64,000 nt of DNA from the NCBI GenBank assembly GCA_964422395.1, contig CAYRAO010000003.1, forward strand, positions 90,344 to 154,343. Direction: 5' to 3'. The stretch comes from an uncultured Clostridia bacterium. Lineage in GTDB: Bacteria > Acidobacteriota > Aminicenantia > UBA2199. Shown here in pieces: positions 36,263-45,515 of this stretch. Positions within the stretch are counted from its first letter, which is position 1. The number at the start of each line of letters is the position of its first letter. Below the pieces are notes generated by a model, which saw nothing but the letters and a program-made list of their open reading frames with translations, was not told where the DNA came from and searched no databases. The position numbers and the translations under genes were made by a program.

Positions 36263-37942
36263 ATGAAAAGAATAATGTTTATCATATATCTCATGATTAT
36301 ATTTCTCATCGTCAAACTTGGCGGTGCGGAATCCGGTGGGATTTACGAAAAGGATGTTAAAAAAGCGTTAAAGCGTATCTCACCTTCCGTAGTTAAGGTG
36401 GTTACAGAGAATCATAGAAGGTATATTGCAACGGGAGTTGCAATTGATACCGATCTTATTCTTTCAAATATTAAAGTGATATCGCACCCTTTTGACAAAA
36501 TTTTTATTGAAACTATTACAGGGAGGACGTACAACGTTAAAATAATCGGAAAAGATGAGAACTCGGCACTTATTCTATTAAAAACACCAAAAAGGATATT
36601 AAAACCGGTGAAACGGGGTGAATTGCCGGAAAAAGGGGGATGGGTAGGACTTGTGGGAGTGTTTTACAAGCAATTCCCGTTTCTTAATAAAGGGATTGTC
36701 AGCGGAATCGGTGATGATGATCTTATCCTTAACGCAACGGTTGCTCCGGGTTCTACCGGTGGAGCCGTTATTAATAAAAAAGGGGAATTTGTCGGTTTGA
36801 TAAGAGGTGTTTTCGGTTATAAGTTTTTCCCTCAGTATACATTTAGAGATAGATTTTCCGAACTTAAAATAGTATCTTCGGTTCGTGGAGGAAGTGATCT
36901 CTGTTATGCATTACCGGCAAAGAGAGTTTTTAGAATAGTGAAAGATTTAAAAAAGTTCGGTCGTGTAAAAAGGGGATGGCTTGGAGTAAGTGTTTTACGA
37001 AACGGAAGAGAGTATGTGACGGTTGACAGAGTCGTAAAAAAATCTCCTGCCGATCTCGGTGGTATTCGGAAAGGAGATAAAATAATCGAGATAGCCGGAG
37101 AAAAAATAAAAACACCCCTTAACCTTTCCTCAAGTATTAAAATAATGAGACCCGGAGATAAAATATCTCTTCTGCTTGACCGTAAAGGGAAAGTGATGAA
37201 AGTAAATGTGAAACTTGAAGAGTTTGGAATGAATAACAAAAAAATATTTGAAGCTAAAGAGATAGAGATGAGTGATAGATTATCGAGGGTTCCGGAGCTT
37301 ATTGAATCACTTCCAAAGGTTAAGAACTATACATTTGAATTTTCAAGTTCACCGTCACTTGGAATTGATGTTATTCCGCTTACTTCCGAACTTGCAAAAG
37401 AGTTTAAAGTTAAATCGGGAGGCGGACTTATGGTTTCCAAAATAAGAACGAAGTCCGGTGGTGAAGCCGATAAATTTAAGGTTGGTGATATTTTGATCTC
37501 TGCAAACAAAATCAAACTAATGAAAACTTCGGATCTTACACGCTCTTTTAACAGAATGGCAATTGATGGTGCAGTTGATATTAAATTATTGAGAAAAGGG
37601 AAAATTATTACAAAGCGTGTTATCCCTTCAGATAATGGAAACAAGATTAGGATAACAGATGGATTTATGAAAAAATTTTTTGATGCCCGATTTTGGATGG
37701 AGAAGCAACAACAATTGAAAATACTTGAAGAACTTGAAAGATTTAAAAAGGAAAAACAAAAAAAAGAAGCACGTGAAAACCTTGAAAAAGGGAGATTTCT
37801 TCAAAAGATCAAGAACGAAAGGAAGAAAAATCTTGAAGAGTATAAAAAGAGAATTGAAAGGTTAATGATTGAATTGAAAAAGGTTGAAGGAGAACTAAAA
37901 AGAATTAAGGAAAAGAAAAAGGGACGATCAACGGTTCATTAG
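36263..37942 (+). CDS. HtrA/DegP-family trypsin-like serine protease with two PDZ domains and C-terminal K/E-rich coiled coil
   Basis: Signal peptide. Trypsin fold with GSTGGAV serine motif. PDZ1 (GWLGVSV...GDKIIEIAGEKI) and PDZ2 (GDILISANKIKL). About 90-aa charged coiled-coil tail. Confidence 0.75.
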   Translation: MKRIMFIIYLMIIFLIVKLGGAESGGIYEKDVKKALKRISPSVVKVVTENHRRYIATGVAIDTDLILSNIKVISHPFDKIFIETITGRTYNVKIIGKDENSALILLKTPKRILKPVKRGELPEKGGWVGLVGVFYKQFPFLNKGIVSGIGDDDLILNATVAPGSTGGAVINKKGEFVGLIRGVFGYKFFPQYTFRDRFSELKIVSSVRGGSDLCYALPAKRVFRIVKDLKKFGRVKRGWLGVSVLRNGREYVTVDRVVKKSPADLGGIRKGDKIIEIAGEKIKTPLNLSSSIKIMRPGDKISLLLDRKGKVMKVNVKLEEFGMNNKKIFEAKEIEMSDRLSRVPELIESLPKVKNYTFEFSSSPSLGIDVIPLTSELAKEFKVKSGGGLMVSKIRTKSGGEADKFKVGDILISANKIKLMKTSDLTRSFNRMAIDGAVDIKLLRKGKIITKRVIPSDNGNKIRITDGFMKKFFDARFWMEKQQQLKILEELERFKKEKQKKEARENLEKGRFLQKIKNERKKNLEEYKKRIERLMIELKKVEGELKRIKEKKKGRSTVH

Positions 37943-38106
37943 TTCGGCAGTTTATATCGAATTTGATATTCCGAACATATCAATAACTCTCCGGTGTATT
38001 GTAAGCTTATCCCCTGACAACAATGATCCATCCTTTCCTTGACTTATGAAACGGGATATATAACAATTATGCATATTTAAGGAAAATTCTATATTAAGGA
38101 GAAAAA

Positions 38107-39528
38107 ATGAAAAAATTATTAATTGTCTTATTAATTATTTCAGTCGCATTAACATTGTGGTCGGGGGATAAAAAAAGCTTTAAGATCGGGAAGTATGAGT
38201 GGTTGACGGAAGAAAATACTTTTGAAGAAGTTGTTAAGATTGCTAAAAAGGCAAAGAAACCGATTCTTGCGGTCTTTTCAGCAAAGTGGTGTGGTCCATG
38301 CCAGGAAGTAAAGAAAACCGTTTTTAAAAAAGATGAGTTCAAGGAAGTTTCGGATAAAGTGGTCCTTTTATACATCGAACAAACAACCAAAAAAGGGGTT
38401 GCATACAACAAAGAATATAATATTGTGGCGTATCCGACATTTAAAATATTCTCAAAAGATGGGGTAATGTTAGATACCGGAAGACCGGAAAGGACTGTAA
38501 AAGGGTTTTTAAAATGGATTGCCGATGTGAAAGGTGGAAATAATTTTTATGCGATGTCTGAAAAGCTAAGGAAAAATCCTAACGATAGAACAACTCTTCT
38601 TAAAATCACTAAAAAGATGGGTATGGGAGATTTAAAGAAAGTAATAGAATATTTAAATAAGGTTATTGCTTTAAATCCGAATTTTAGTGATAAATTGACA
38701 AAGGAAGCTTATGAAGGCTTAGGATCCTATGTGCGTCATAATTATCCTTACAACGGTACAAAAAGTGAAAAGGAAGCGTATGTAAAGAAATATACTCCGA
38801 CATATGAAAAAATAATGAAGGCATATTATCCTGATAAATTTGAATACAATTTAAAGGGTAATAATGGAATTTCAACTGTTTTAGAGTGGTATAATATGAC
38901 AGGTGATCTTAAGAAGTCCGCATACTATTTTAATGATTTTCTCAAAAGAAAGAATAATTCACCGAATCTGAAAAAAGATATGAGTATTGTTGCGGAAGGT
39001 ATTGCCTGTTATTTATACTCGGGGGATTTAAAAAATGCAAATAAGTGGATAGATTATTCCATTGATACGGCGAAGAAAAGTCCCGAAGTAAAAAAAACGA
39101 GAGAATTTCTCGCCTATTTTTCCAGAATACCTTTTTATGTTTCAGATAGTGCTAAAAGAATGTTTGATAAGAAGGAGATTAAAAAGGGGAGAGAGTTGAT
39201 ATATTTATTTTATGATAAAGTAGAACTCTGGGAACAATTTCCGAAACAATACCTAAGCTTTTTCTATAATAGGTTAGCGTGGACAATCTATGAAGGTAAA
39301 GCTTCGGATAAAAAGACTCTTGATATTGCAAAAAAATCTCTTTCACTTCATAAGGATTTTCGTATTATGGATACCCTTGCATCCATATATTCTCAACTGG
39401 GAAATTATAAAAAAGCTGTTGAAATTGAGAAAGAAGCGTTTACAATGGCGAAATCGAAGATGGATAAGGATAAACTTAAAAAAAATATAACCGATTGGGA
39501 AGGGAAACTTAAGAATAGTAAAAAATAG
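38107..39528 (+). CDS. periplasmic thioredoxin-fold protein (WCGPC) with C-terminal TPR-like helical domain
   Basis: Signal peptide. ILAVFSAKWCGPCQEV catalytic motif. About 330-aa α-helical repeat C-terminus. AAGGAG RBS. Confidence 0.7.
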   Translation: MKKLLIVLLIISVALTLWSGDKKSFKIGKYEWLTEENTFEEVVKIAKKAKKPILAVFSAKWCGPCQEVKKTVFKKDEFKEVSDKVVLLYIEQTTKKGVAYNKEYNIVAYPTFKIFSKDGVMLDTGRPERTVKGFLKWIADVKGGNNFYAMSEKLRKNPNDRTTLLKITKKMGMGDLKKVIEYLNKVIALNPNFSDKLTKEAYEGLGSYVRHNYPYNGTKSEKEAYVKKYTPTYEKIMKAYYPDKFEYNLKGNNGISTVLEWYNMTGDLKKSAYYFNDFLKRKNNSPNLKKDMSIVAEGIACYLYSGDLKNANKWIDYSIDTAKKSPEVKKTREFLAYFSRIPFYVSDSAKRMFDKKEIKKGRELIYLFYDKVELWEQFPKQYLSFFYNRLAWTIYEGKASDKKTLDIAKKSLSLHKDFRIMDTLASIYSQLGNYKKAVEIEKEAFTMAKSKMDKDKLKKNITDWEGKLKNSKK

Positions 39529-39643
39529 ATCCCAACATATCTTTTTATCGGTGATTTTTTTTATTCATAAAAAATACCTGTTATTCGATTTGAAAAAAAG
39601 CGGGTAATTTGTTAGACTTCAAACTTCAAATCAGGAGATTTAA

Positions 39644-41602
39644 ATGCTTACTTTTATAGAATCTATTGTATTTCTAATTATGCTGGGATTGACTATTGTA
39701 TTTTTCTTTGTGCCTTTAGGTAGAATTTTCAAATTAGTAAAGTTAGGGCAAAAAGAGGAAAGATTCGACAACCTTTTTAAGAGGATACTTAATGCCGTTA
39801 GTTCGTTTTTCCTCCTTTTATGTTCTGTCAAAAAAGAGAGAATTGTTACGGGTTTGGTGCATATTTTCCTTTTGTACGGATCTTTAACTTTTGATACTAT
39901 CTCCGTTTTTCACATTTTGGAAGGGTTCAATAAAAATATTCATCCTTCAAATATTCATACGATGATAGCGGATTTTTTCTCAATAGCTGTTATTCTTGCG
40001 GTCATATTCTTTGTTATTAAACGTTATGTAGTGAGAAAATCATCTTACACTTACGGTACTTCGGAATCTCTTTATATCTATACTCTTCTTGTAACCGTAA
40101 CTCTGACTTTCCTTTTTTACGAAGGGGCTTCAATCGCATATCATTCAGATAAAGTCAGTGTGGCTTTTGTAGGAAAAATGGTTGCGGAGTGGCTTCCGTC
40201 TTCGTGGATGCTTGTAAAGATTTCATGGTGGATTCATATAATAAATGTGTTTGTATTTATATTATACGTTCCGCGTTCAAAATATATGCATATGTTTATG
40301 GGACCCACGAATATTATTTTTAAAAGTGAACGTTCAACTTCTTATTTGAAAACCGTTGATCTCGAAACAGCGGAAAGCTTCGGAGTTACTTCATATCAAG
40401 ATATGACATGGAAGGATCTGCTTGATGGATTTGCATGTGTTGATTGTGGCAGATGCACCGAACATTGCCCGGCTGCTCAAACAGGTAAAGATCTGTCACC
40501 GAAAAATATTATCACAAAAATGAGAGATGATCTTCTTGTTGAAGGGACAAAAAAATTAAAGGATTCCGAATATCAGATTCCACCGTTAATGGATAGAGTG
40601 TTTACGGATAGTGAAATATGGAGTTGCACTACTTGCGGTTCGTGTATGGAGGTATGCCCCGTTCTTAATGAACATATCCCGAAAATAATCGGAATGAGGC
40701 AGAGCAGAGTTTTAATGGAGGCAAAGTTTCCGGAAGTGTTTAATCAATTCTTTAGAAATCTTGAAACAAACAGCAATCCATGGGGCTTTGGTTCCTCATC
40801 AAGAGAGGAGTGGACAGAAGGTATTGAGGTTAAAAAAGCTGTAGACAATAGTGATGCCGATGTACTTTTTTGGGTCGGTTGTGCGGGATCTTTTGATGAT
40901 AGGAACAAGAAAGTTACACAAGCAATGATTTCTGTTTTGAATAAAGCCGATGTTAATTATGCTGTTTTGGGAAATGAGGAGAAATGCTGTGGTGATCCGG
41001 CAAGAAGGGCGGGGAACGAGTATCTTTTCCAAATGATGGCTTCTGAAAATATAGAAACTTTGAAAAGATATAAGTTTAAAAAAATAGTTATGACTTGTCC
41101 TCACGGATTGAATTTGTTTAAAAACGAGTATGATGATATTTCCAAACTGATCGGAGCGGAATTTGAAATGCCCGATGTTGTTCACCATTCCCAGTTTATT
41201 GAAGAGCTTATTTCAAACGGGAAAATAAGTATAAATCACAAAAATTCGAAAGATGTTACATTTCATGACCCTTGTTACCTTGGTCGTCACAATGGTATTT
41301 ATGAAGCACCGAGAAATGTTATTAAAAAAACGGGAATGACGATTAAAGAGATGAAAAATAGCAAAAGTAATAGTTTTTGCTGTGGGGGCGGAGGTAGTCT
41401 GATGTGGGCTGAGGAAACGCAGGGTGAACGGATTAACCATGTGAGAACCGATGAAATTATTAAATCCGGAACCGATACTGTGTGCACTTCATGCCCATTC
41501 TGTGCGAATATGCTGACTGACGGAATCAAAGATAAAGAGAAAGATGATTCGGTTAAGGTAAAAGATATAGCTGAAATAGTTGCTGAAAATATAATTGACT
41601 AA
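39644..41602 (+). CDS. membrane-bound Fe-S oxidoreductase: NarI/DsrM-like cytochrome-b-type membrane domain fused to HdrD/DsrK/GlpC-like 2x[4Fe-4S] + 2xCCG domain
   Basis: About 5 N-terminal TM helices with conserved His. CVDCGRCTEHCP and CTTCGSCMEVCP ferredoxin motifs. CCG motifs (CCGDPARR; FCCGGGGS). Confidence 0.8.
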   Translation: MLTFIESIVFLIMLGLTIVFFFVPLGRIFKLVKLGQKEERFDNLFKRILNAVSSFFLLLCSVKKERIVTGLVHIFLLYGSLTFDTISVFHILEGFNKNIHPSNIHTMIADFFSIAVILAVIFFVIKRYVVRKSSYTYGTSESLYIYTLLVTVTLTFLFYEGASIAYHSDKVSVAFVGKMVAEWLPSSWMLVKISWWIHIINVFVFILYVPRSKYMHMFMGPTNIIFKSERSTSYLKTVDLETAESFGVTSYQDMTWKDLLDGFACVDCGRCTEHCPAAQTGKDLSPKNIITKMRDDLLVEGTKKLKDSEYQIPPLMDRVFTDSEIWSCTTCGSCMEVCPVLNEHIPKIIGMRQSRVLMEAKFPEVFNQFFRNLETNSNPWGFGSSSREEWTEGIEVKKAVDNSDADVLFWVGCAGSFDDRNKKVTQAMISVLNKADVNYAVLGNEEKCCGDPARRAGNEYLFQMMASENIETLKRYKFKKIVMTCPHGLNLFKNEYDDISKLIGAEFEMPDVVHHSQFIEELISNGKISINHKNSKDVTFHDPCYLGRHNGIYEAPRNVIKKTGMTIKEMKNSKSNSFCCGGGGSLMWAEETQGERINHVRTDEIIKSGTDTVCTSCPFCANMLTDGIKDKEKDDSVKVKDIAEIVAENIID

Positions 41603-41638
41603 GTTTGATTTGGCTATTAATTGAAATAAGTTATTTGA

Positions 41639-42436
41639 TCAGATAGAGACCATTTCAACTTTGTCTATTTTTTTTTTAAGAAATATCTCTCCGACTCTTT
41701 TAAATCTTTCAGGGAAATCGGTTACATAGAATTCATCGTCCCCGTTTTTCGAGGAAGATTCAAATAACCACCCCAGTTTTTTTAGAATCGAGTGAACTCT
41801 GATTGCCATTACTTCCGCAGAATCAATTAAGATAATCTTGTCACCGAGTACTCTGGTTATAATATCTTTAAGTACAGGATAATGGGTGCATCCCAAAACC
41901 AATGTTTTAACTCCTTTCATTTTCAACGGAATAAGGTATTCCTTAATTACAAGTTCAGTAACCTTGTGATCTATCCATCCTTCCTCTACAAGCGGGACAA
42001 ACAGCGGACATTCTTTTGATATTATTTTTGCATTAGGATTTTTTTCAAGTATTGATTTTTCGTAAGCCCCTGAAGATATGGTAGCTGATGTCCCGATTAT
42101 ACCGATCTCCGAACCTCCCGAATTTACCGCTGCTTCGGAACCGGGATCAATGACTCCCAAAACAGGTATGTCTAAAATACTCTGGAGATGCTTGACTGCG
42201 TATGAAGATGAAGAGTTACATGCTATAACAATTATTTTGACTCCCTTGGAAATAAGAAATCTTGAGTTCTCTTCCGAAAACCTTACAATTGTAGCAGGAG
42301 ATTTTGTTCCGTAAGGAAGGTGTGCGGTATCTCCGAGATATATGACCTTCTCTTCGGGCATATTGTTTTTTATTGCTTTATAAACGGTAAGACCGCCTAT
42401 TCCTGAATCAAAAATTCCGATTGCCTGTTTGTTCAT
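41639..42436 (-). CDS. murI: glutamate racemase
   Basis: IGIFDSGIGGLTV, and GCTHYP region. 265 aa. Confidence 0.9.
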   Translation of the reverse strand: MNKQAIGIFDSGIGGLTVYKAIKNNMPEEKVIYLGDTAHLPYGTKSPATIVRFSEENSRFLISKGVKIIVIACNSSSSYAVKHLQSILDIPVLGVIDPGSEAAVNSGGSEIGIIGTSATISSGAYEKSILEKNPNAKIISKECPLFVPLVEEGWIDHKVTELVIKEYLIPLKMKGVKTLVLGCTHYPVLKDIITRVLGDKIILIDSAEVMAIRVHSILKKLGWLFESSSKNGDDEFYVTDFPERFKRVGEIFLKKKIDKVEMVSI

Positions 42437-43008
42437 CTTCTGAAATATTTATAATTTGGGAAATAGGGGTTTTCAATATCAAGGTGTCCCGAAAGTGTTT
42501 TGTATTCATTTCCATCTATGAGAATTTTCACCTTCTTTATCTCTTTAAAGTTGTAGCAGAGGTTATTAACAAAGAAATATATAAACTCAATTTCTCCTCT
42601 GGAGCCATTATGGGAATTTATAATAAGCTCTACACTAAAATCCAGTACAGCCATCTGCTTGTTGTCAATATAGTAAACACTTTGGAGTTTTGTTTGTTTA
42701 GGGAAAGGGGAAATAAAATTGGCACTTTCGGTCATCATGAGATCCAGAAAGTTTTTTAAGAAAATTAGTCTATTGGTCTCTTTTTTTAGGATATAAATTT
42801 TTGGAATAAAAAGAGTTGACTTGTTTGTGAGGAAGAAAATTTTTACTTTTTCCGTTTCGGGTTCAACTTCCGATTGAATATTGAGTTCCCCTTTTTTATC
42901 TTTGATTACACGCTTGAATGTACCGCTTGAACTGAGATAAATTATAAGCGAAGTGATAAAAAAAATTACTGCGAGGCTTATAAGAGTATAGATTATTTTT
43001 TTATTCAT
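42433..43008 (-). CDS. GerMN-domain lipoprotein/membrane protein
   Basis: N-terminal TM plus a GerMN-like domain. Sits between murI and the amidase, a common arrangement. Confidence 0.45.
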   Translation of the reverse strand: MNKKIIYTLISLAVIFFITSLIIYLSSSGTFKRVIKDKKGELNIQSEVEPETEKVKIFFLTNKSTLFIPKIYILKKETNRLIFLKNFLDLMMTESANFISPFPKQTKLQSVYYIDNKQMAVLDFSVELIINSHNGSRGEIEFIYFFVNNLCYNFKEIKKVKILIDGNEYKTLSGHLDIENPYFPNYKYFRR

Positions 43009-44168
43009 TTGATAGATGAATTATAGTGGTAAATATATTTGGAAACACCGTTGTAAATAGAACCGGCTACTTTGTTAAGGAATGAATTGTCCCTTAACCT
43101 GTTTTCCTCGTACTTGTTGGAAACGAAGGCTATCTCAATGAGAACGGCAGGCATGGTAGCTCTCATCAATACTCTAAACGGAGCTTGCTTTACGCCCCTA
43201 TTCTTCGTTTTTAGCAAAATATTGAGTTCGTTCTGGATATAGTCTGCAAGTCTGCTTGATTCTTTTATATGTTCTGTCTGAGCCATGCTCCACAGGATCA
43301 TTTTAAGGTCATTATCACCTGTTGTATCTTCCATTTTATTGTAAGAGCTGTTCTCCTGAAGTGCCAGTTGCATGGAAACTTTGTCGGTTGCTTTTAGACT
43401 AACGAAATAGGTTTCCGATCCGCTTGCAGATTTTCTGTATGAAGAATTTACATGAATTGATAGGAAAAGCTGTGCTTGATTGTTGTTTGCCTTTGCAACT
43501 CTTGAATCAAGAGCTATCTCCACATCCGATTCTCTTGTCATAACGACCCGAATACCGAGTTTTTTCTCAATGAGATTTTTCAACTTTTTCCCGACTGACA
43601 AGGTTACTTCTTTTTCTTTTGTCCCTTTTCTTCCGACTGCACCCAAATCACTCCCTCCGTGACCGGGATCAATACATATAACATCAATTGTATCTCTTTT
43701 CCTTTTCTCTTTGACGATGTTCGGTGCAATCAAACTTTCTTCTTCATTTCCTTGTCCCTTTTTTTCAAAGCTGTCACTTTGAGAATTTTCTAAATTTTGT
43801 CTCACATTGTAAACTATTCTGAATGGATCTTTTAACACAAAGGTTTTCAATATCTCGAATTTTTTAGAACTATGCAACTTTATTCCGTGGTCATCACCGA
43901 CGGTGATATGTTCAACTCTGTTTATAATTTTCGATCCCGAAAGATCTTGTTTTAAAGAGATCATATCGAAGGGATCTTTAATAATAAGAGTAAGATCGTT
44001 ATCGGAATTTCTTTCGGTTATGTATGAAAAACTATTCTGACTTTCAAAGACAATCTTTGTAAAGTTGTCGTAATCAAAGGTTTTTACTTGAATTGAGATC
44101 GGAAAAACACAGGAAACCAAAATTAACAAATGTATTAGTAAAATATAAAACTTCTTCATCTTATCCAA
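43005..44168 (-). CDS. N-acetylmuramoyl-L-alanine amidase (Amidase_3, AmiC-like) with N-terminal AMIN-like domain
   Basis: ICIDPGHGGSDLGAVG...KEVTLSVGKKL...LSIHVNS motifs. 387 aa. Confidence 0.8.
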   Translation of the reverse strand: MDKMKKFYILLIHLLILVSCVFPISIQVKTFDYDNFTKIVFESQNSFSYITERNSDNDLTLIIKDPFDMISLKQDLSGSKIINRVEHITVGDDHGIKLHSSKKFEILKTFVLKDPFRIVYNVRQNLENSQSDSFEKKGQGNEEESLIAPNIVKEKRKRDTIDVICIDPGHGGSDLGAVGRKGTKEKEVTLSVGKKLKNLIEKKLGIRVVMTRESDVEIALDSRVAKANNNQAQLFLSIHVNSSYRKSASGSETYFVSLKATDKVSMQLALQENSSYNKMEDTTGDNDLKMILWSMAQTEHIKESSRLADYIQNELNILLKTKNRGVKQAPFRVLMRATMPAVLIEIAFVSNKYEENRLRDNSFLNKVAGSIYNGVSKYIYHYNSSIK

Positions 44169-44172
44169 TCAA

Positions 44173-44515
44173 CTGGAGGCGGCGGGAGTTGAACCCGCGT
44201 CCAATAAGGACTCAATCAAAGCTTCTACAGATATAGTTTGTTTTTATGTACCCCGTGGATAAGAAAACAAACAAAAATCCCCGCGGGAGCCTTTATCAGT
44301 TTTTCGTCCGTAACAAAGTCAAAGACAACTCTGTTCAGCTTATCCTGCATAATGACGCCCCAATAACCCCGCAGGATTAAGTAATTGGAACGGCAACATT
44401 AATTATGCTGCGAGTGCAAAATCGTTTGCGCTTCTTTTTTTGAGTATTTTATTGAGTTGCTCAGCTCAACCTGCCACTTTGACATAATCAATACTGTCGA
44501 ACCCATTTCGCCCCC
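44173..44515 (-). ncRNA. ssrA: tmRNA (SsrA), tag peptide (A)ANDFALAA
   Basis: Minus-strand 5' end GGGGGCGAAATGGGTTCGACA... and 3' tRNA-like end GGACGCGGGTTCAACTCCCGCCGCCTCCA. Both match the canonical tmRNA termini (compare E. coli GGGGCUGAUUCUGGAUUCGAC ... GGACGCGGGUUCAACUCCCGCCAGCUCCA). The internal tag reading frame GCA AAC GAT TTT GCA CTC GCA GCA TAA (44403-44429) encodes ANDFALAA. Confidence 0.85.
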
Positions 44516-44526
44516 GAAATGAGTAA

Positions 44527-44603
44527 TGGCGGGGCCGACGAGACTCGAACTCGCGGCCTCTGGCGTGACAGGCCAGCGTTCTAACCAACTGAACTACGAC
44601 CCC
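44527..44603 (-). tRNA. tRNA-Asp (GTC), CCA encoded
   Basis: Minus-strand sequence GGGGTCGTAGTTCAGTTGGTTAGAACGCTGGCCTGTCACGCCAGAGGCCGCGAGTTCGAGTCTCGTCGGCCCCGCCA. Cloverleaf with anticodon loop CTGTCAC. Close to E. coli tRNA-Asp. Confidence 0.9.
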
Positions 44604-44615
44604 GCTCATTAAACC

Positions 44616-44688
44616 TGGGCGATAGAGGACTTGAACCTCTGACCCTCGGCGTGTAAAACCGATGCTCTTCCAGCTGAGCTAATCGCCC
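44616..44688 (-). tRNA. tRNA-Val (TAC)
   Basis: Minus-strand GGGCGATTAGCTCAGCTGGAAGAGCATCGGTTTTACACGCCGAGGGTCAGAGGTTCAAGTCCTCTATCGCCCA. Anticodon loop TTTACAC. CCA not encoded. Confidence 0.9.
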
Positions 44689-44700
44689 TTTCAAAGTTAT

Positions 44701-44729
44701 TAAATACAATATTTGTGATAATAAGTCAA
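44701..44729 (-). promoter_or_regulatory. σ70 promoter TTGACT-N17-TATTTA for the tRNA-Val/tRNA-Asp/tmRNA unit
   Basis: Minus strand. The -10 ends about 12 nt upstream of the tRNA-Val 5' end. Confidence 0.4.
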
Positions 44730-44823
44730 TAGGGGAGTGTTGATTTTAGTATCCTGATAATAGTTGTTTAGTTACATTTATAAAATTTTTTATCAAAAAT
44801 TTGATGGATTAAAATTTTATCAG

Positions 44824-44880
44824 TTGACAAAGTAGAATTTATATTCTATTATACAAGCATGTTAGTGAGTGTTAACTAAC
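44824..44880 (+). promoter_or_regulatory. σ70 promoter TTGACA-N17-TATTAT followed by inverted repeat GTTAGT-N8-ACTAAC (centre GTTAAC) upstream of TetR
   Basis: Layout typical of TetR autoregulation (operator over the transcription start site). Confidence 0.3.
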
Positions 44881-44896
44881 GTAAGTGGAGTGACAA

Positions 44897-45481
44897 ATGA
44901 ATGTATTAACTGAAAGACAGCGGGAAATAATTGACGTGGCAATTGAGATCATAGCAACGAGAGGAATTCAGAATCTTACAATAAAAAATATCTCAATGAA
45001 GATCGGATTTTCCGAACCGGCGGTTTACCGACATTTCAAAAGTAAAACAGAGATTCTCCTCTCTATCCTCTCCATGTTTGAAGATCGGATACAGGAATTT
45101 ATTGCACGTTTGAATTCCGATAAAAGTTCTTCTTTGGGAAAGTTGAATTTAATTTGTACAAATCATTTCAATACCTTTTCGGACAATCCGGTAATGGCAT
45201 CGGTTATCTTTTCGGAAGAAATATTTCAGGATGAAAAGAAGCTGGCTGAAAAAATATATTCGATAATGAACATAAATTTTGAATTTATGAAAACTATAAT
45301 TGAGAAAGGTGTGGAAAGTAAAGAAATAAGGTCGGATATTGAGGTGGAGCAGTTAACTATGATCATCATGGGTTCTTTGCGTTTGATAATAAAAAGATGG
45401 ACACTCTCCAATTATTCCTTTGATCTTAAATCCGACGGAAAAAAACTATGGGAATCGTTAAATAAAATATTATCAAAATGA
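44897..45481 (+). CDS. TetR-family transcriptional regulator
   Basis: N-terminal HTH (RQREIIDVAIEIIATRGIQNLTIKNISMKIGFSEPAVYRHFKSK). 194 aa. Confidence 0.85.
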   Translation: MNVLTERQREIIDVAIEIIATRGIQNLTIKNISMKIGFSEPAVYRHFKSKTEILLSILSMFEDRIQEFIARLNSDKSSSLGKLNLICTNHFNTFSDNPVMASVIFSEEIFQDEKKLAEKIYSIMNINFEFMKTIIEKGVESKEIRSDIEVEQLTMIIMGSLRLIIKRWTLSNYSFDLKSDGKKLWESLNKILSK

Positions 45482-45515
45482 AATATTATTCAAAATTGAT
45501 AAATAAGGGGGAGCA

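Noticed and set aside
37943-38000. Nested inverted repeats (GTTCGG...CCGAAC enclosing ATATC...GATAT) after the HtrA gene
   Set aside because: AT-rich, long loop, no U-run. Could be a weak terminator but is not convincing.
41213-41529. Minus-strand ORFs inside the Fe-S oxidoreductase gene
   Set aside because: They are fully embedded in a well-supported plus-strand gene with clear cofactor motifs.
44169-44896. Possible genomic island anchored at tmRNA/tRNA genes
   Set aside because: No integrase, no direct repeat of the tRNA/tmRNA 3' end, and the flanking genes are ordinary chromosomal genes.
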